Shown here: positions 48,691 through 63,125 of the stretch, piece after piece
Position numbering within the stretch: position 1 is the first letter of the stretch
Layout of the letters: every line of letters starts with the position of its first letter
Assembly (NCBI GenBank): GCA_964016885.1
Contig: OZ024741.1
Coordinates: 353,028,001 to 353,092,000 of the forward strand
Origin: Eledone cirrhosa
Taxonomy: Eukaryota
Reading direction: 5' to 3'
DNA length: 64,000 bases
Made by a program: the position numbers and the translations under genes
Notes under the pieces: generated by a model
What the model was told of the DNA's origin: nothing
The model's input: the letters and a program-made list of their open reading frames with translations, nothing else
The model's database searches: none

Positions 48691-49979
48691 ATTTTTCATT
48701 ACATAGTATATGTTTCAAATGTTTCTAATATTTCAAAATAGGTTATCTGATGCTTTCCATAATTTTAATCACAACTAAAACAATCTCCGTTCTGTTCAAA
48801 GATTTAGTGCACACTTAAATTTTATAGAACGTGATAAGCATATTACTGGTAAAGTGAAAATTTCTGGAATGTAACTGTAGATATCTTATCTTTTCTTATC
48901 ATTGGAATGTCAATGATTCCTCATGCTATCAACCACATATTGATGATATTGATACCAGTCACTCAAATGCATTCTGGTATTTTGACATTATTAAACTAAC
49001 CAGAAATGTTCAAAGGATAATTCTGTTATAATATTGGTGGCCATCTTAGGTAAAAAGTCGATGTTTTAAAGGAGAAGGTATAGTCAATTGAATCTATATC
49101 AGCATTTTATTGATAAATATTTCATTGAAACTGAGGTAATGAATCATAAAGTTGATCCTAGCGTGATTTTTACTAAGAAACTAGAATAATCAAACTAAAT
49201 AAGGTGATGCATTAAGTTTGGTGGTCTCTTCTGTAAACCATTTCTACTACTTTTATGTCTGCTATAATATTGATTTCTTATTTTGGAATAAGGCCATAAA
49301 TTCATTGTGCAATGTTTAGATCTTTATCTAAAGAAATATCTGTAAATGAAATTTCAATCGAGAATGAAAAATGGGGAAACAGTCTCAACTGACCAGGAAC
49401 AAACTTCATACTCTATAGTGCTCATTATTAAGTCTACTTTTTATGATATTTCTCATTCATTCTCATTCAAACCCATTCTTGTTCTTGATATCTCTGGAGA
49501 ATATACTTTCATCTCTCTCAAGATCATTTTGACTTTTGCCGGTAACCGAATGATAAACAATTTCTCTGACGTCATGGGAATATATATATGAAGTTCTTTC
49601 TTGGTTCCGTCACCCTGCCTCATATAGATGTCCAATACACATATCAAAGAAACTGAATGTAATACTGCGTTTCTTTGAAATTGACAATATGAACATAAAT
49701 CTACTAAACTTGAAAGAAATGTTGAAAGGGTTATGACAAAAATAACAAGCCATCTGAAACACCTTTTTGAAATTTTCCCCTGGAATAGTCTATAGTATTC
49801 TAAAATTACAAATTTACTGGGACTCTTTATCTTTTTTTGCAATAGTAACAACTAATATTCTTGACCAGAATCGGAAGTCATAGGTGTAGTGGCATGGCAC
49901 TAAATATTGTACGTTACTGTTCAAGGTTCTCACCTTTATATCTATCTACTACCATAAATAGATAGAATTCATTCGTGCG

Positions 49980-49980
49980 T

Positions 49981-50049
<69 letters not shown>

Positions 50050-50055
50050 GTAGTC

Positions 50056-50087
<32 letters not shown>

Positions 50088-50111
50088 AGTAGTAATAATA
50101 GTCGTAGTAGC

Positions 50112-50163
<52 letters not shown>
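49980..50163. repeat. (TAG)n microsatellite
   Basis: Direct reading. Confidence 0.95.
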
Positions 50164-50555
50164 TAGGGAGTTGGTTAGCGTCACAATGTTGAATAACAGT
50201 GTAATATAGATGTTTAGTGGATATGATGTACTTAGCCGAGTAAGCAATTGTATGTAGCACCGTAAATGTATGTTTTATTTTTATTTCTTGTTCTTTTTTC
50301 TCTTTATTTTTGTTATTATGATAGTGCAAAGATATTTTGAAAATTTCAAATGAATTGATTAACGGAAATATATGTTAGCCATGTAATTAACTGTGAGCAG
50401 GAATTTTACTGAATCGACCGTAACCCAATAAACGGATGGTACATTAAATAATTTCTTTGTTTACTTTTATGTACATACATACATACATACATACATACAT
50501 ACATACATGCAGACACATATACATACATATATACAATCATTCATACATACTTACA

Positions 50556-51072
50556 TGATGGCTGCCCCCTCATTATCAAGTATGGTCATTGCACAATATA
50601 ACATTATTAATTAATGCCATCGTGCAATGCCTGACGTGAGGATTTTTTTTAAAGTGAGGAAAGACTGTGCACTGAGCCAATCCCACTCTCTGAGCAGCAG
50701 TAGCTATAACCCGAAAAGAAGAAAAGATCAACATCATCGGTAACTACTGAGCCGCAGGTTTTATATCGGAGTTATCCCAGTTTCCTGAGTTGCCTTCTCC
50801 TAGAAGAATGCCCTGACAAAGGCTAGGGGTCCTTCACTCCCAGTGGTTTAACCGCGCGGTACATCTGTATACATATATTTACACACTTTTGGATGGCCGT
50901 TGACTCTTATGAGTTCTTCCGCCCTTTGTCAAGTTTTGCTTTTTGTCCTGCAGGGTGTTCAAAATCACCCTCCTCACCAAGTAAACTTGGTGGGGTTGCC
51001 GGCGACCCGACCATGCGACAGGTTGTACTGGGTTATATGTTACCAGTAGCACTCAAGAGTGACCCGATATAA
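50556..51072 (-). mobile_element. Diverged copy of the non-autonomous RTE derivative, flanked by (CATA)n
   Basis: CCCTCCTCACCAAG, GGATGGCCGTTGACTCT, CCTTCTCCTAGAA and GTACTGGG..TGTTACCAGTAGCAC match the reverse complement of 40797-41200; different 3' part. Confidence 0.8.
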
Positions 51073-51145
51073 ACATACATACATATATACACACACACAC
51101 ACACACACATACATACATACATACATACATACATACATACATACA

Positions 51146-51176
<31 letters not shown>

Positions 51177-51187
51177 TTACATACATA

Positions 51188-52665
51188 GTGTCCTTTGCAT
51201 CCCAAAGCAATTCTCTGCCGTCTTGTGTGCGAAGAGGTGCAACTGGTGAGGATAGTGGCCCATACACTTCCCGCAACAAATTGTACAATAGCTTTGTATT
51301 GTTGGAATCAGAGATCGACTGGATCTCCCCTGTTTTATTTCTCCACCATTTATCTCGGATGCTAAGGAACCTTCGCTGTACTTCACCTCCTTGAGCAAGA
51401 CTTCATTCTTACACGTTTATAGTCTATCAGCTAGCACTGTGTTCCTTTCGCTTAATAACATACGAACTTCTTTATTTTCATCAAACCAGTCTCGATGTTT
51501 TCTTTCCACTAAACCCAGAACATCCCAGCAGACTTCATACACTGAATGTCATCCATTTTCTTTACCAGCTCTTCCTTAATGGAATAATCTTTTAGACGAG
51601 CCACATTACTTTCTTTGGTATGCTCACACCATGGACCCTAACCTTCGCTTTCACAGCAAATTCCACCTTTGCACGAACAAGACGAAGATCAGTCCAACAT
51701 TCTTCTGCCCGCATAACATTGACACTGTGCACATCTCGAACAAGAAAATAATCAATAATGTGCCACAGCTTTGAATCCAGATGCATCCAGATATTTTTGT
51801 ATTTACCTTTCTGCTGAAACAAGTTGTTTGCTATGAACAGATGCAGCCTCTGACACGTTGCTATTGCTCCTTCCGGCTCAATGTTTACTGAGCACAATCC
51901 AGATTTCATAATCCTTGTCAACTCTAGTGTTGAATCATCCAGAATGACAACTTAGTTAGCCTGAGGAATTGTGTGGATAAGTCCCTTTATTGAATGATAG
52001 CAAGAGAGTTTTACGTCACCAGAGGAACTCATGGCTGGAGCGTATAAATTCACTAGAGTGACAAACCTGTACTTTGATAATGGAATTCTCATTGACATAA
52101 AGCGATCAGTTAATCTACATGGAAACTCTTCAAGTTTAGAAACTAGAACATTCTGAACAGCCCCCTCACTCATGCATCCTTATACTCTTCCTCTCCAATA
52201 AAATCGGACTGTTCAGTTAAGTGGCCTTCTTCAGAGAGTCTCGTTTTAGACAAGGTCATTACGTCCATCTTGTATCATTGCAGCTCTTTAGCTACCAATG
52301 CTGATCTTCTTTTGGGACGTGTTGTAGAAGACTGAGAATCTAGTAAGGTGCAAAAAAACCCAACAGCCAATATTCAAAGGCTTAAACTTTCTCGCAGCAG
52401 CAGGTCGACAACCGGGCCCTGGCTGCGGTGCCTTGGGACATACACCGGACCAGACTCTTTCACCATCTGTTTCCGAGCCCTTATTTCCATTGGTCTGAAA
52501 ATTATCTAATTTCCTCGTTGTGTGGTTTTGCCCTTTTTCAGATACAGCCAGCCATGTCACAGATGGCAAATGATGTCAAAGATCTCTAAGATCAAGTAAT
52601 GCCTGTGCTTGAAGCGTTTTTAATTGAGGTAAGGTTTTGCTTGGAGCCAATCCCACTCTGCGAAT
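51188..52665 (-). pseudogene. Degenerate RTE-clade LINE (5' UTR + APE domain, broken before RT)
   Basis: PLNIGCW, VTLVNLYAP, IANNLFQQK, WMHLDSKLWHIIDYFLV, CWTDLRLV, DWFDEN, VYGP..APLRTQDGRELL. Confidence 0.85.
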
Positions 52666-53713
52666 TTCGAATGCATTTACCCCAAAACAAGAACTAGTCT
52701 ACATGCAATTGAAGTTGCAGGTTTTACATCAGAGTGACTTGATATAAAAAAAAAGTTGAAAGTTAAAATATGAAATGTTTGAAAAGACAAAAAAGTTTTT
52801 AAAATATTAAAAATACATAATACACATTTAGTAATTTTACAATTAGAAAGTAATCTAACATGATGTTTGGGGTAATTGTATGCTTCAAGCTGATAATGGT
52901 TTCTACAAAAGTTACAATATTCCACTAGCACTTACAGTGAATGAGATGAATAATTGAATATGCCGAAGAAAGCTGATTGTCACGTTGAAAATGGGCCATA
53001 AAAGCAACAATTTTATGAAAATATTTTAAACTGGAATTTTACTATCTATTTTAGAGTTGACGAAAAGGTTGTTGGGTGTTTCAGCTACATAGATATATAT
53101 CACTGGGCCATTATAGTATAGACATTGATTGTTTAGTTTCTTTCCTATTTATTACTCTCATTGAACAGGCCTAATAATATGAATAATACCAGATCAATGA
53201 ATAAAGACCCTCAAAACTCTGGAAAGCTAATCGAAAGTAAGTTCAGTTGATGAGTGATAGGATGCAAGTGTATTATAAATGATATTCTCGGTAGAACTGC
53301 TGTTTACACACACTCAATAGATAGATTATTCTGAATTAAGTATACTTTTCAAATACTCAAATAAATACTTGAGCTATCAGATGTATGGGCAGGAGAAAAA
53401 AGGATATTCAGGACACTTCTCTGGCTGCACCAAATCCTCAGTGATAAGATTTGTTTTTTTTCATTGCTTTGTCAGGAGGAATGGCAATACCCATAACGTT
53501 TTGATGGGTCTCCAAGTCTGGTGGAAGGAAGGGGAGATAGAACGTATGCTCAAACTCAAAGGGCCAGGCGGTGGTGATAAACCGAGTAACGGATTAAGTC
53601 TACCACATCTAATCTCATATTGCTGCAGTTGTCAGATAAATGAATGAAACAAACACTCTTTTTGCTCAGCCATTGGGTTTCTATATACAGTAATATGTAC
53701 CTGTAATATGAAC

Positions 53714-54017
53714 CTGTAACTTCTGATAGTATCGTAGAGGTGCCATCGTGACATATCTTGGACATTTTAAACCTCATGGAGCCCATCTTCTATACAAGTC
53801 GGAACACAGTCGATTTCTCCCGGAGAAGAAGAGGAATTGGGAGAGAAAATTTAAGAAGAGATAAAGGGGAAGAAACGACCCCAGTACTGAACTGGTATCA
53901 ACCATGACAGGATGAAAAGCAAAACTGACCACGGTGAGATCTGAACTCAGAGAGGTCAGAAAACCGGAATGAATACCGCAAACCATTCTATCTGACGTTC
54001 TAACGACTCTGCCAACT
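53714..54017 (-). mobile_element. SINE family B copy
   Basis: Same architecture as 48393-48690. Confidence 0.72.
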
Positions 54018-54440
54018 ATACAGTAATATACGACTGCTTATAATTTCGTTAAAATTCTTTAGTATATCGGATGTTTTTGGTTGAAATCTCTTTACAGTGA
54101 TAGGTGCCTTTCAAATAACGTTGCTAATATCGCTGAGAAAGTGATCTATGTTATAGTCTTATTTCGTATAAATTCACCGTATGGTGCCTTCGTAAGAAAT
54201 TATGTCCACCTTGAATTATATAAAAGCTTTTATCTAGAAGTGCAGAATTTTGTCTACTAAGAGTATTTTCCAATTACCTTTTCGTGGCAAGCTATGCTTC
54301 ATGTCATCTCGTGTAATGGTTCAGTCATGATTGCTAAGCTGCATTATGAAATATTTCCATGTATGTTGCAACAGGTTTTGATTTTTTCCTTTTATTCTGA
54401 ATGTGTGAATGGTATGAGTGTTTTCTTTTCTTTTCTGCCC

Positions 54441-54472
<32 letters not shown>

Positions 54473-55201
54473 TCATCAATTTTCTCTTTTAAAGATATCC
54501 TTTCCTTTCTATTTCTATATTTTATCAAACGACTCTTTGCAGATCTGTCATTATCTTCTTTAATCACCCTGTTTTCTTTTAATTTGTTTTTAAGCATATT
54601 TTTCTTAAAACCATTTCTTTGGGGTTTCTCATTTATTATTTTGTGAAATTATTACCCTTTACCTTTCTCTCCGACTAATGGTGTATGTTTCCTGTAGTAT
54701 TACTACATTTCATAAATTCTTTAGAATAATATATTTAAAAAAAATCCTTATAGATCTGGGTAATTTGCCTCATGGAACTCTTTTATGTTCCGATAATGCA
54801 AATGTTTGTATATTATTATTTTTATCAGTAATGTACTGGGTAATTGATGGCCTTGTGCCAAAAGTAGAAACAATTATTTTTATTACTATTTTCTACTGAA
54901 TTTAATTTTGCACTGTATAGAATAGTTCTTTGCGCAAAGTTGTATGTATTTATACAACCGTAATAGTTTTGTGCACAGAGTTTTATTTAGTCATTACGAT
55001 AGAAAATTATACTCACACACACTTACACACACACTTACACACACACACACGCACACACATACACACACACAAACACATATAATCTGTTCTGCGGTGCTGA
55101 GTCCGAAGAGATCACTAATCATGAGAGTACACAATGCATGGAGAAATGCAGAGTGGGTATAGAAATAGGTATAATCCGAAACAGCTTGGCACCGCGGTCG
55201 G

Positions 55202-55239
<38 letters not shown>

Positions 55240-55706
55240 TATATATATATATGCCCCAAGGGACTTATGAAGACATTAAGGAGATAAAATAATAATATCT
55301 CTGTCGGAAAAAAATACCAGACCATGCAACCATGCAACCATGCATTTTCGCTGAGCTATATTTTATTAAACGACATTTTGTTCCAATCACATTTTATCGA
55401 ATGTCTTTTCATCGAAGGACTTATCGAAACGACTTATATAATAATTTCATAAAAATATTATTTTGTAAAACAATTTTAACTATAGAATAATTTTAATAGA
55501 ACAACAATTTTAATATTATAAAATAGAAATCGAATATTCATCCGTAAATTTAATAGACAATAATACTAAGAGAAATCTGAAACTTTCTACTCATACCAGT
55601 TTCATAAATTAAGTGATATACACCACAGAAAATTAATTATTCGATCGTTAACAAAATTATATACACTTATATCTACATATGTATCTTGTTTATGTGTCTA
55701 GGTATT

Positions 55707-55833
<127 letters not shown>

Positions 55834-55845
55834 TTTATTATGGAT

Positions 55846-55920
55846 GTCAACTGATGAGATCACCTTGTCTTGCATCATAATTGGGTGATGGAGCTGGATG
55901 ATCGAAATATGTATAGTGAT
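55846..55920 (+). ncRNA. Hammerhead ribozyme motif (inverted truncated copy at 56041-56102)
   Basis: CTGATGA 55851-55857; stem II GATCA/TGATC with long loop; GAAA 55904-55907; ATATGTAT near-palindromic stem III; AUA triplet; stem I imperfect. Confidence 0.65.
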
Positions 55921-56003
55921 TTCACGGAATTAAACAATTTAAAGCAAATTTTCCAGTCCGGCCTTCTGTTGTTTGATAAATAAATAAATAAATCAATAAA
56001 TCA

Positions 56004-56043
<40 letters not shown>

Positions 56044-56115
56044 CGATCATCCAGCTCCATCACCCAATTATGATGCAAGACAAGGTGATCTCATCAGTTG
56101 ACATCCATAATAAAC

Positions 56116-56189
<74 letters not shown>

Positions 56190-56511
56190 GAAGTAATTCC
56201 GTCGGAAAAGTCCAGGAAAAAAGAGTGCTCTATGTAGGTAACAGAGCTTAATTATTATTATTATGTAATAAACGACATAAGGCAATTATTCCATTTACCA
56301 GTGGTTTCTTAAAAGCAGAAGGTTTTGCTTTCAATCCTCAGAATGAAAAAATCCTGGTTTGTTTATTGAATTTGGATTTAAAAAAAAACAAAAATGAAAT
56401 CTATCTGAAAGTGAGGCTGGAGAAGGAAGAAGGAAAGGAAAAATAAAATAAAACTACACATGCAAACACACACACAAAAATAAACACAAAAGCATACATA
56501 CACACACACAC

Positions 56512-56542
<31 letters not shown>

Positions 56543-56629
56543 CAAATATACATATACATATATATATATATATACATACACATATATACACATACACATA
56601 CATAAACATATACACATACATACACTCAT

Positions 56630-56668
<39 letters not shown>

Positions 56669-56766
56669 TATATATATATATACACATATACATATACATA
56701 TATATATGTGTGTACAAGCATACACATATACAAACATAATGTATATATATATGTATATATATATGC

Positions 56767-56858
<92 letters not shown>

Positions 56859-56982
56859 TTGTATTTGGTTGTGCGTGTTTATGATATGTACGTATTTGTA
56901 TGTGTATAATTGTTTAGCTATGTATGGTTATGTGTGTGTATGTATACATATATGTGTGTGTCTGTGTGTTTGTGTTTATGTG

Positions 56983-57015
<33 letters not shown>

Positions 57016-57416
57016 ATATAATTACTTATACATATGTGTGTGTATATATTGTATACGTGTGCGTGTTTGTGCATGTATGTGTATGTATGTGTTTATGTAT
57101 TTGTATATTTATGTGTGAGAGTGTGTGTATGTGTTTACTATTTCGTACGTATGTATACGTGCATTTGTGTGTATTACTTACCACGCGTGTCTGTCCAGTT
57201 AGCTGCCTTATGTAACGGTGTCAAATATTTTTAATATATATATATATTTTTTCTTATATTTATTTGCGTGTGTGAATATGTAGAGGAGTGGATTTATGTA
57301 TGTGTATGTATGTACGTGTGTATATATGTATGATTGTGTGAATGTATGTATATATATGTGTGTGTATGGCTATGTTTGTATATGTGTATGCTTGTACACA
57401 CATATATATATGTATA

Positions 57417-57449
<33 letters not shown>

Positions 57450-57750
57450 GTGTGTATATGTGTGTGTGTGTGTGTATGTATGAGTGTATGTATGTGTATA
57501 TGTTTATGTATGTGTATGTGTATATAGGTGTATGTATATATATATATATGTGTATATGTATATTTGTATGTATATATATATGTATATATATATATATGTG
57601 TATGTATGCTTTTGTGTTTTTTTTGTGTGTGTGTTTGCATGTGTAGTTTTATTTTATTTTTCCTTTCCTTCTTCCTTCTCCAGCCTCACTTTCAGATAGA
57701 TTTCATTTTTGTTTTTTTAAAATCCAAATTCAATAAACAAACCAGGATTT

Positions 57751-57810
57751 TTTCATTCTGAGGATTGAAAGCAAAACCTTTGGCTTTTAAGAAACCACTG
57801 GTAAATGGAA
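57751..57810 (+). ncRNA. Type I hammerhead ribozyme motif (inverted copy at 56289-56348)
   Basis: Stem I TTTCATT/AATGGAA; CTGAGGA 57758-57764; stem II TTGAAAGC/GCTTTTAA; GAAA 57791-57794; ACCA-C-TGGT stem III; GUA, cut after 57803. Confidence 0.75.
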
Positions 57811-57848
57811 TAATTGCCTTATGTCGTTTATTACATAATAATAATAAT

Positions 57849-57919
<71 letters not shown>

Positions 57920-58160
57920 TAGATAGAGAGATAAATATAGACGGGTGTGTATGATTGTGTATAGAAGATTATATTAATAAAAGGAATTCCAACTTTGTCT
58001 GATTTACTCGTTTTATTTACAATCTTTTAAGATATATAATGGTATTATAATGAAATAGTATGATAGAATATTAAGTGTTAAGTGTTAATTGAACAAGTAC
58101 TTTCATTTCGCAATCTTCAGGTTCATAATGTGTGGTGACAGTCAAGTTTGCAATTTTCAA

Positions 58161-58196
<36 letters not shown>

Positions 58197-58625
58197 ACAA
58201 TACTTAGACACATAAAGAAGATACATATGTAGATATAAGTGTATATAATTTTGTTAACGATCGAATAATTAATTTTCTGTGGTGTATATCACTTAATTTA
58301 TGAAACTGGTATGAGTAGGAAGTTTCAGATTTCTCTTAGTATTATTGTTTATTAAATTTACGGATGAATATTCGATTTCTATTTTATAATATTAAAATTG
58401 TTGTTCTATTAAAATTATTCTATAGTTAAAATTGTTTTACAAAATAAGTCGTTTCGATAAGTCCTTCGATGAAAAGACATTCGATAAAATGTGATTGGAA
58501 CAAAATGTCGTTTAATAAAATATAGCTCAGCGAAAATGCATGATTGCATGGTCTGGTATTTTTTTCCGACAGGGATATTATTATTTTATTCACTTAATAT
58601 AATGTCTTCATAAGTCCCTTGGGGA

Positions 58626-58706
<81 letters not shown>

Positions 58707-58720
58707 TATATATATGTATA

Positions 58721-58914
58721 GGAAAAGAGTCAGGACCCCGACGCTGAGCTCCGGCCTTTTCGACAGCTAGATCCGAACGAGTTCAGATCTAGCTGTCGAA
58801 ACGGCCAGAGCTCAGCCGTCGGGTGTCCTGAATCTTTACCTATTACCCACTCTACTACCTTAAGTATCGAGTACTCTGGTGCGCTATGGTCCACCTGGTT
58901 CCTTACCACACTTG

Positions 58915-58916
<2 letters not shown>
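58721..58916. mobile_element. Short hairpin-forming (TA)n-inserted element
   Basis: About 48-bp imperfect arms 58731-58778/58781-58830; same family as 23417-23568. Confidence 0.75.
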
Positions 58917-58977
<61 letters not shown>

Positions 58978-59398
58978 TATACGTATATATATTTATTTAT
59001 ATGCGTGTGTGTATGTGCATGTGTTCAAGTGTGCGCGCGCGCAAACGTGTGTGTGTGTGTGTGTGTGTGTATGAATTTGAAAGACCAATATTCTACAGAA
59101 GCAGTAGCAGCAGCAACAATAACAAAGAGAACATTGCAAAACTGAATTGTACCTGTAATTCAAAGTACCACATGTGTCACACATGTATTACTCTGAATCT
59201 CCCTGAAACATACTCTAAGGGTACACATTAAAATGCTGATGCTCTTGCCAAATTTCCCAAGCAGGCTGTTGTATTGATTGCATTAACTGTGACGTACGGC
59301 GTCGGAGGCGAAAGAGGTTCATCACACATTTTAACAAGAACACAAATGTGTTGGCTTTAGATATAATCCGGTGATTTGATTCTAATACATTATTCTTA

Positions 59399-59786
59399 CT
59401 GGCAGTATCGGCAGAGCGTCGGATGCCATGCTTCGCGGCATACAGTTATGTCCCTTTATGTTCTGATTTTAAATCCCGCCGGGGGTTAGCTTTGCCTTTC
59501 AACCTTGCGGGGTTAATAAAATAAAGTACCGTATTTCCCGGCGTCGAAGACGCTACTTTTTTCCTAAAATAAGTCTCAAAAATCTACCATGCATCCTGGA
59601 GGCCGAAGGTTGTTTATTATTTTTTTTCAAATTTTTGGTTGTCAAAATTAGGGCGTGTCCTCGAAGACGAAGCGTCTTCGGCGGCGGGAAAATGCGGTAC
59701 CTACCACGCACTGGGGTCGATTTAATCGACTTTTCCCATCCCCAAAATTTCTGGCCTTGTGCCTAAATCAGAAACCATTATTATTA
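59399..59786 (+). mobile_element. SINE family A copy interrupted by a MITE
   Basis: The SINE body breaks at AAAGTA| and resumes after 59699. Confidence 0.8.
59529..59697. mobile_element. Tc1/mariner(pogo)-type MITE with TA target duplication
   Basis: TA|CCGTATTTCCCGGCGTCGAAGACGCT ... AGCGTCTTCGGCGGCGGGAAAATGCGG|TA. Confidence 0.8.
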
Positions 59787-59790
59787 CTTT

Positions 59791-59968
59791 TGGTAGAGGG
59801 TCGGACGCCATGCTTTGACGTATAGAGTTATGGCCCTTGCCATTCTGAGTTCAAATCCTGCCAAGGTTAACTTTGCCTTTCATCCTTACGGGGTCGATAA
59901 AATAAAGTACCAGTAATGCACTGGGTAATTGCTGGCCTTGTGCCTAACGTAGAAACAATTATTATTAC
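59791..59968 (+). mobile_element. SINE family A copy, directly after the (ATT)n tail of the previous copy
   Basis: Colinear with 8539-8730. Confidence 0.85.
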
Positions 59969-60395
59969 TTATTTTATTAATTCCAGAATGGACAAAAGCA
60001 TATTTTACTCCGGCGGGATTTGAACTCAAAATGTAAAAGAAATTTAGAATGAAATTCTTAGAGCATTCAGGTGTACCGTATATAAAAGCTAATTGTATGC
60101 CTTACCAGCTGTGACACCAAACAATATTTATACGACTTAATTTTCTTTTCTTCTTGCTAGGGAGATATTCAAAACATTCAATTCTCCAAACAAAATATAA
60201 ATATTGCTGGAAATATTTATTTCTAATTTAGGCACAAGCCAGCAAAGATTTCGGGAACGGTAAAGTTGATTAAATCAACACCAATACTTGTCTGGTACTG
60301 TATTTTATAGACCCCGAAAAGATGAAAGGCAAAGTTGAGCTTGGTGGATATTATTTCTGCGAAATATCTAACTAATTGTCCATCTTCGTGGAAAG

Positions 60396-60496
<101 letters not shown>

Positions 60497-61089
60497 CGAC
60501 CCCAATACTGGACAAGGACTACTGGATTGGCACTAAAGGATGAAAGGCAAAGTTGACCTCGACAGGATTTGAACTGAAAGCACAGAGAACCGAAACGGCC
60601 AGTTCCCCAGCTATATGCATATTTAGAAAAATTGCATTATTGACATATTGCTTATGTAACGCCAAATCTTGCCGGAAGGAGGAAGGAAACACAAGTCATG
60701 TTAATTGTAGGAAAAAGAAAAAATGAAACACCACAAAATCTGAAACTAATAAGTATATTCACTAAAATTCATATGAAACATGTTATTTCATCAAACCTGA
60801 AAGGATCATAATTATATGAATCAATGAATTGTGGAAAAAAAAAAAGAAACGAAAAACTAAAGAGTCTTGCTTCTTGTAAAAAGACCTATTGGAAAACATT
60901 TCTTTTGACAAGAAACAAGAAAAATCTTATGACATTTATCAATTTTACATATACATATTACTGATGCAATTGAAGAGAATTAATTCAAACTGGAATCGAA
61001 AAAACTCTATTGTGAACACATATATTTCTCTAGGACGTTTTCTAAACCTGAATAGGTCAATAAAGTATATATTGTGCTTAAATTGAGAT

Positions 61090-61350
61090 GGGCGACGTTC
61101 CTTCATGTTAGAACACCGGATAAAATGATTTGCAGTATTCTTTCCAGCTCTCTGCGCTTTGAGTTGAAAACACACCGAGGTCAATTTTGCCTTTCATCTT
61201 TTCGAGATTGATAAAAAAAAGTAAAGTCCTATATTAGGATCGAGTCTCCCCCTCATCGCCCATGAAGAAATAGATTGTGTTCAGACATGGAGAGGGATAT
61301 GCTCCGCCAGGTTTAAAATACCCATGTCGTATATCACTACGACTCCATCC
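61090..61350 (+). mobile_element. SINE family B copy
   Basis: TTTGCCTTTCATC ... TGTGTTCAGACATGGAGAGG ... CACTACGACTCCATC. Confidence 0.7.
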
Positions 61351-61899
61351 ATCAAACCATCCATACATCTAGCCAAGGCCCAACCATTCACTCGACCCCA
61401 TGCTGTCAATTGAAACATCTCTAAATAATGGCCAAATATATTTCAGAATGGGTACAAGTAGAACGCTTTTATTTTTAGCAATATTCGATCATGGCCGACA
61501 TTAATGACGATTGAATTAAATACATTTATCAAAATTTAAAACAATAATCATGGCAAGAAGCAACTCAAAGAAATAGAATTGTAGCAACGCCGTTATTAAG
61601 TGGTTAAACGATTGCAGTTTTGTAAAGTAACTATAACTATCGTGGATTTCTAGTATTCCATCTATAGGGATGTGCTCCTCCAACCCATTGATACTGGTGT
61701 AAATATTATAACGTATGGGATTTCTAGTAATGTATTGTTTTGTCATGCAAAATTTGATAAGCAAGAGAGAATGGTCTGAAAAATAAATAAGCGGGACGGT
61801 GGGGGTTATTCGAGACTCGAGAGTAGGTAATTTTATTGGTGTAGAAGTACATTAACTAGTTTGTATTTATTGTAAACATTGGAGAACAAGGTGGGGGAT

Positions 61900-62120
61900 T
61901 TGCACGAAGGATTAAACAAGGGTGACAGAATTTGAATGTGCACGAAAGAGAAAGATTGAGGAAAACATTGATAAGTACATTCAGCTCACAGATAATACCA
62001 ACATAAAGACAGGGAAATATTTGAACATAACTTTTAATTTGAAAACAGATATGCATTACATATATCATAAACCGGACCGATACACTATTTACCTCAAAGA
62101 CTCCAAGTATTTCTGACCAC
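61900..62120 (+). pseudogene. Degenerate PLE reverse-transcriptase fragment (different PLE lineage)
   Basis: NLNVHERERLRKTLISTF then NTNIKTGKYLNITFNLKTDMHYIYHKP, resembling the PLE ..FLDVTFNL..Y.KP region. Confidence 0.55.
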
Positions 62121-62280
62121 TTTTTGCGTCTCCAGTGATACTTAACTTATTCAGCTATTATTTATAAGTATCAATTATTGCTTATAGTTGTCCGCATTAT
62201 GGCTAACACTCACTCTCTCACACACACACGCGCGTGCGCCCGTACACACACACATTCATATATTTATATATATAATATAA

Positions 62281-63100
62281 TATATAGAAATAAACACAGA
62301 AAGAAGTGTGTTTAGAATTACCCAGTTTTTATACGTTGAGCTCATTAATTGCAGGGTATTAATACGAGTCTTTAACTCTGCTTTTTATTCGAATTCGGCT
62401 TCTAACGATCTCCCTTGTTTGTCGAGTTTTGAAGTTGAGTGGCTTTAGGCTGCCCTTTCTAGCCGTTTTACGATCCATTCATGCCACTATGTGCTGTCTG
62501 TCGCACGAGGTTTTACTTTCTCTCACCATATACACCTCGTGTGATATTTAGTTACCTAAATTATCTCTAGGTGTGCTGTGAATATAATCCAAACTCCTGT
62601 TGAGAAGCCCTAGAATTATCTGTTACAGACACAGATTTACGGCAAAGCAAACTATATCTGTAGTTTATCCAGGAGTTCAATAATTATTGAAACGGCTAGT
62701 ACATTTTAATTCAACTTTTTCCGGTTATTATGTAATTTCCGTTTGTTCATAGATTATATACATCGCACCAAAGTGGTTTTTCAGCCCTTGTAATTTTCTA
62801 AACACACTTCTTTCTGTGTTAATTTCTATATATAATATTATAAAGAGCTCAGTTTTTATATTTTGAGCTCATTAATTACGGTGAATTGGCAGTATCGGTA
62901 GAGGGTCGGACATGCTTTCCAGCATAGTTACGACCCTTTACGATCTGAGTTCAAATCCGGCCGAGGTTAACTTTGCCTTTCATCCCTACGGGGTCGATAA
63001 AATAAAGTACCAGTAATGTACTGCGTAATTGCTGGCCTTGTGCCTAAAATATAGAAACAATTAATTACAGGGTATTAAGACGAGTCTTTAACTCTCCTTT
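62281..63100. mobile_element. AT-flanked element with both inverted and direct terminal repeats, interrupted by a SINE
   Basis: 62281-62315 is the reverse complement of about 62798-62832; 62323-62380 is repeated at 62850-62879 plus 63069-63095. Confidence 0.65.
62880..63059 (+). mobile_element. SINE family A copy with 9-bp TSD ATTAATTAC
   Basis: ATTAATTAC at 62871-62879 and 63060-63068. Confidence 0.88.
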
Positions 63101-63125
63101 ATATATATATATATATATATATATC

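Noticed and set aside
49453-49851. Possible ancient L1-type ORF2 C-terminus (DLCSYCQ..VLH); similar weak signal at 14700-14900 minus
   Set aside because: Too degenerate to support without a profile search.
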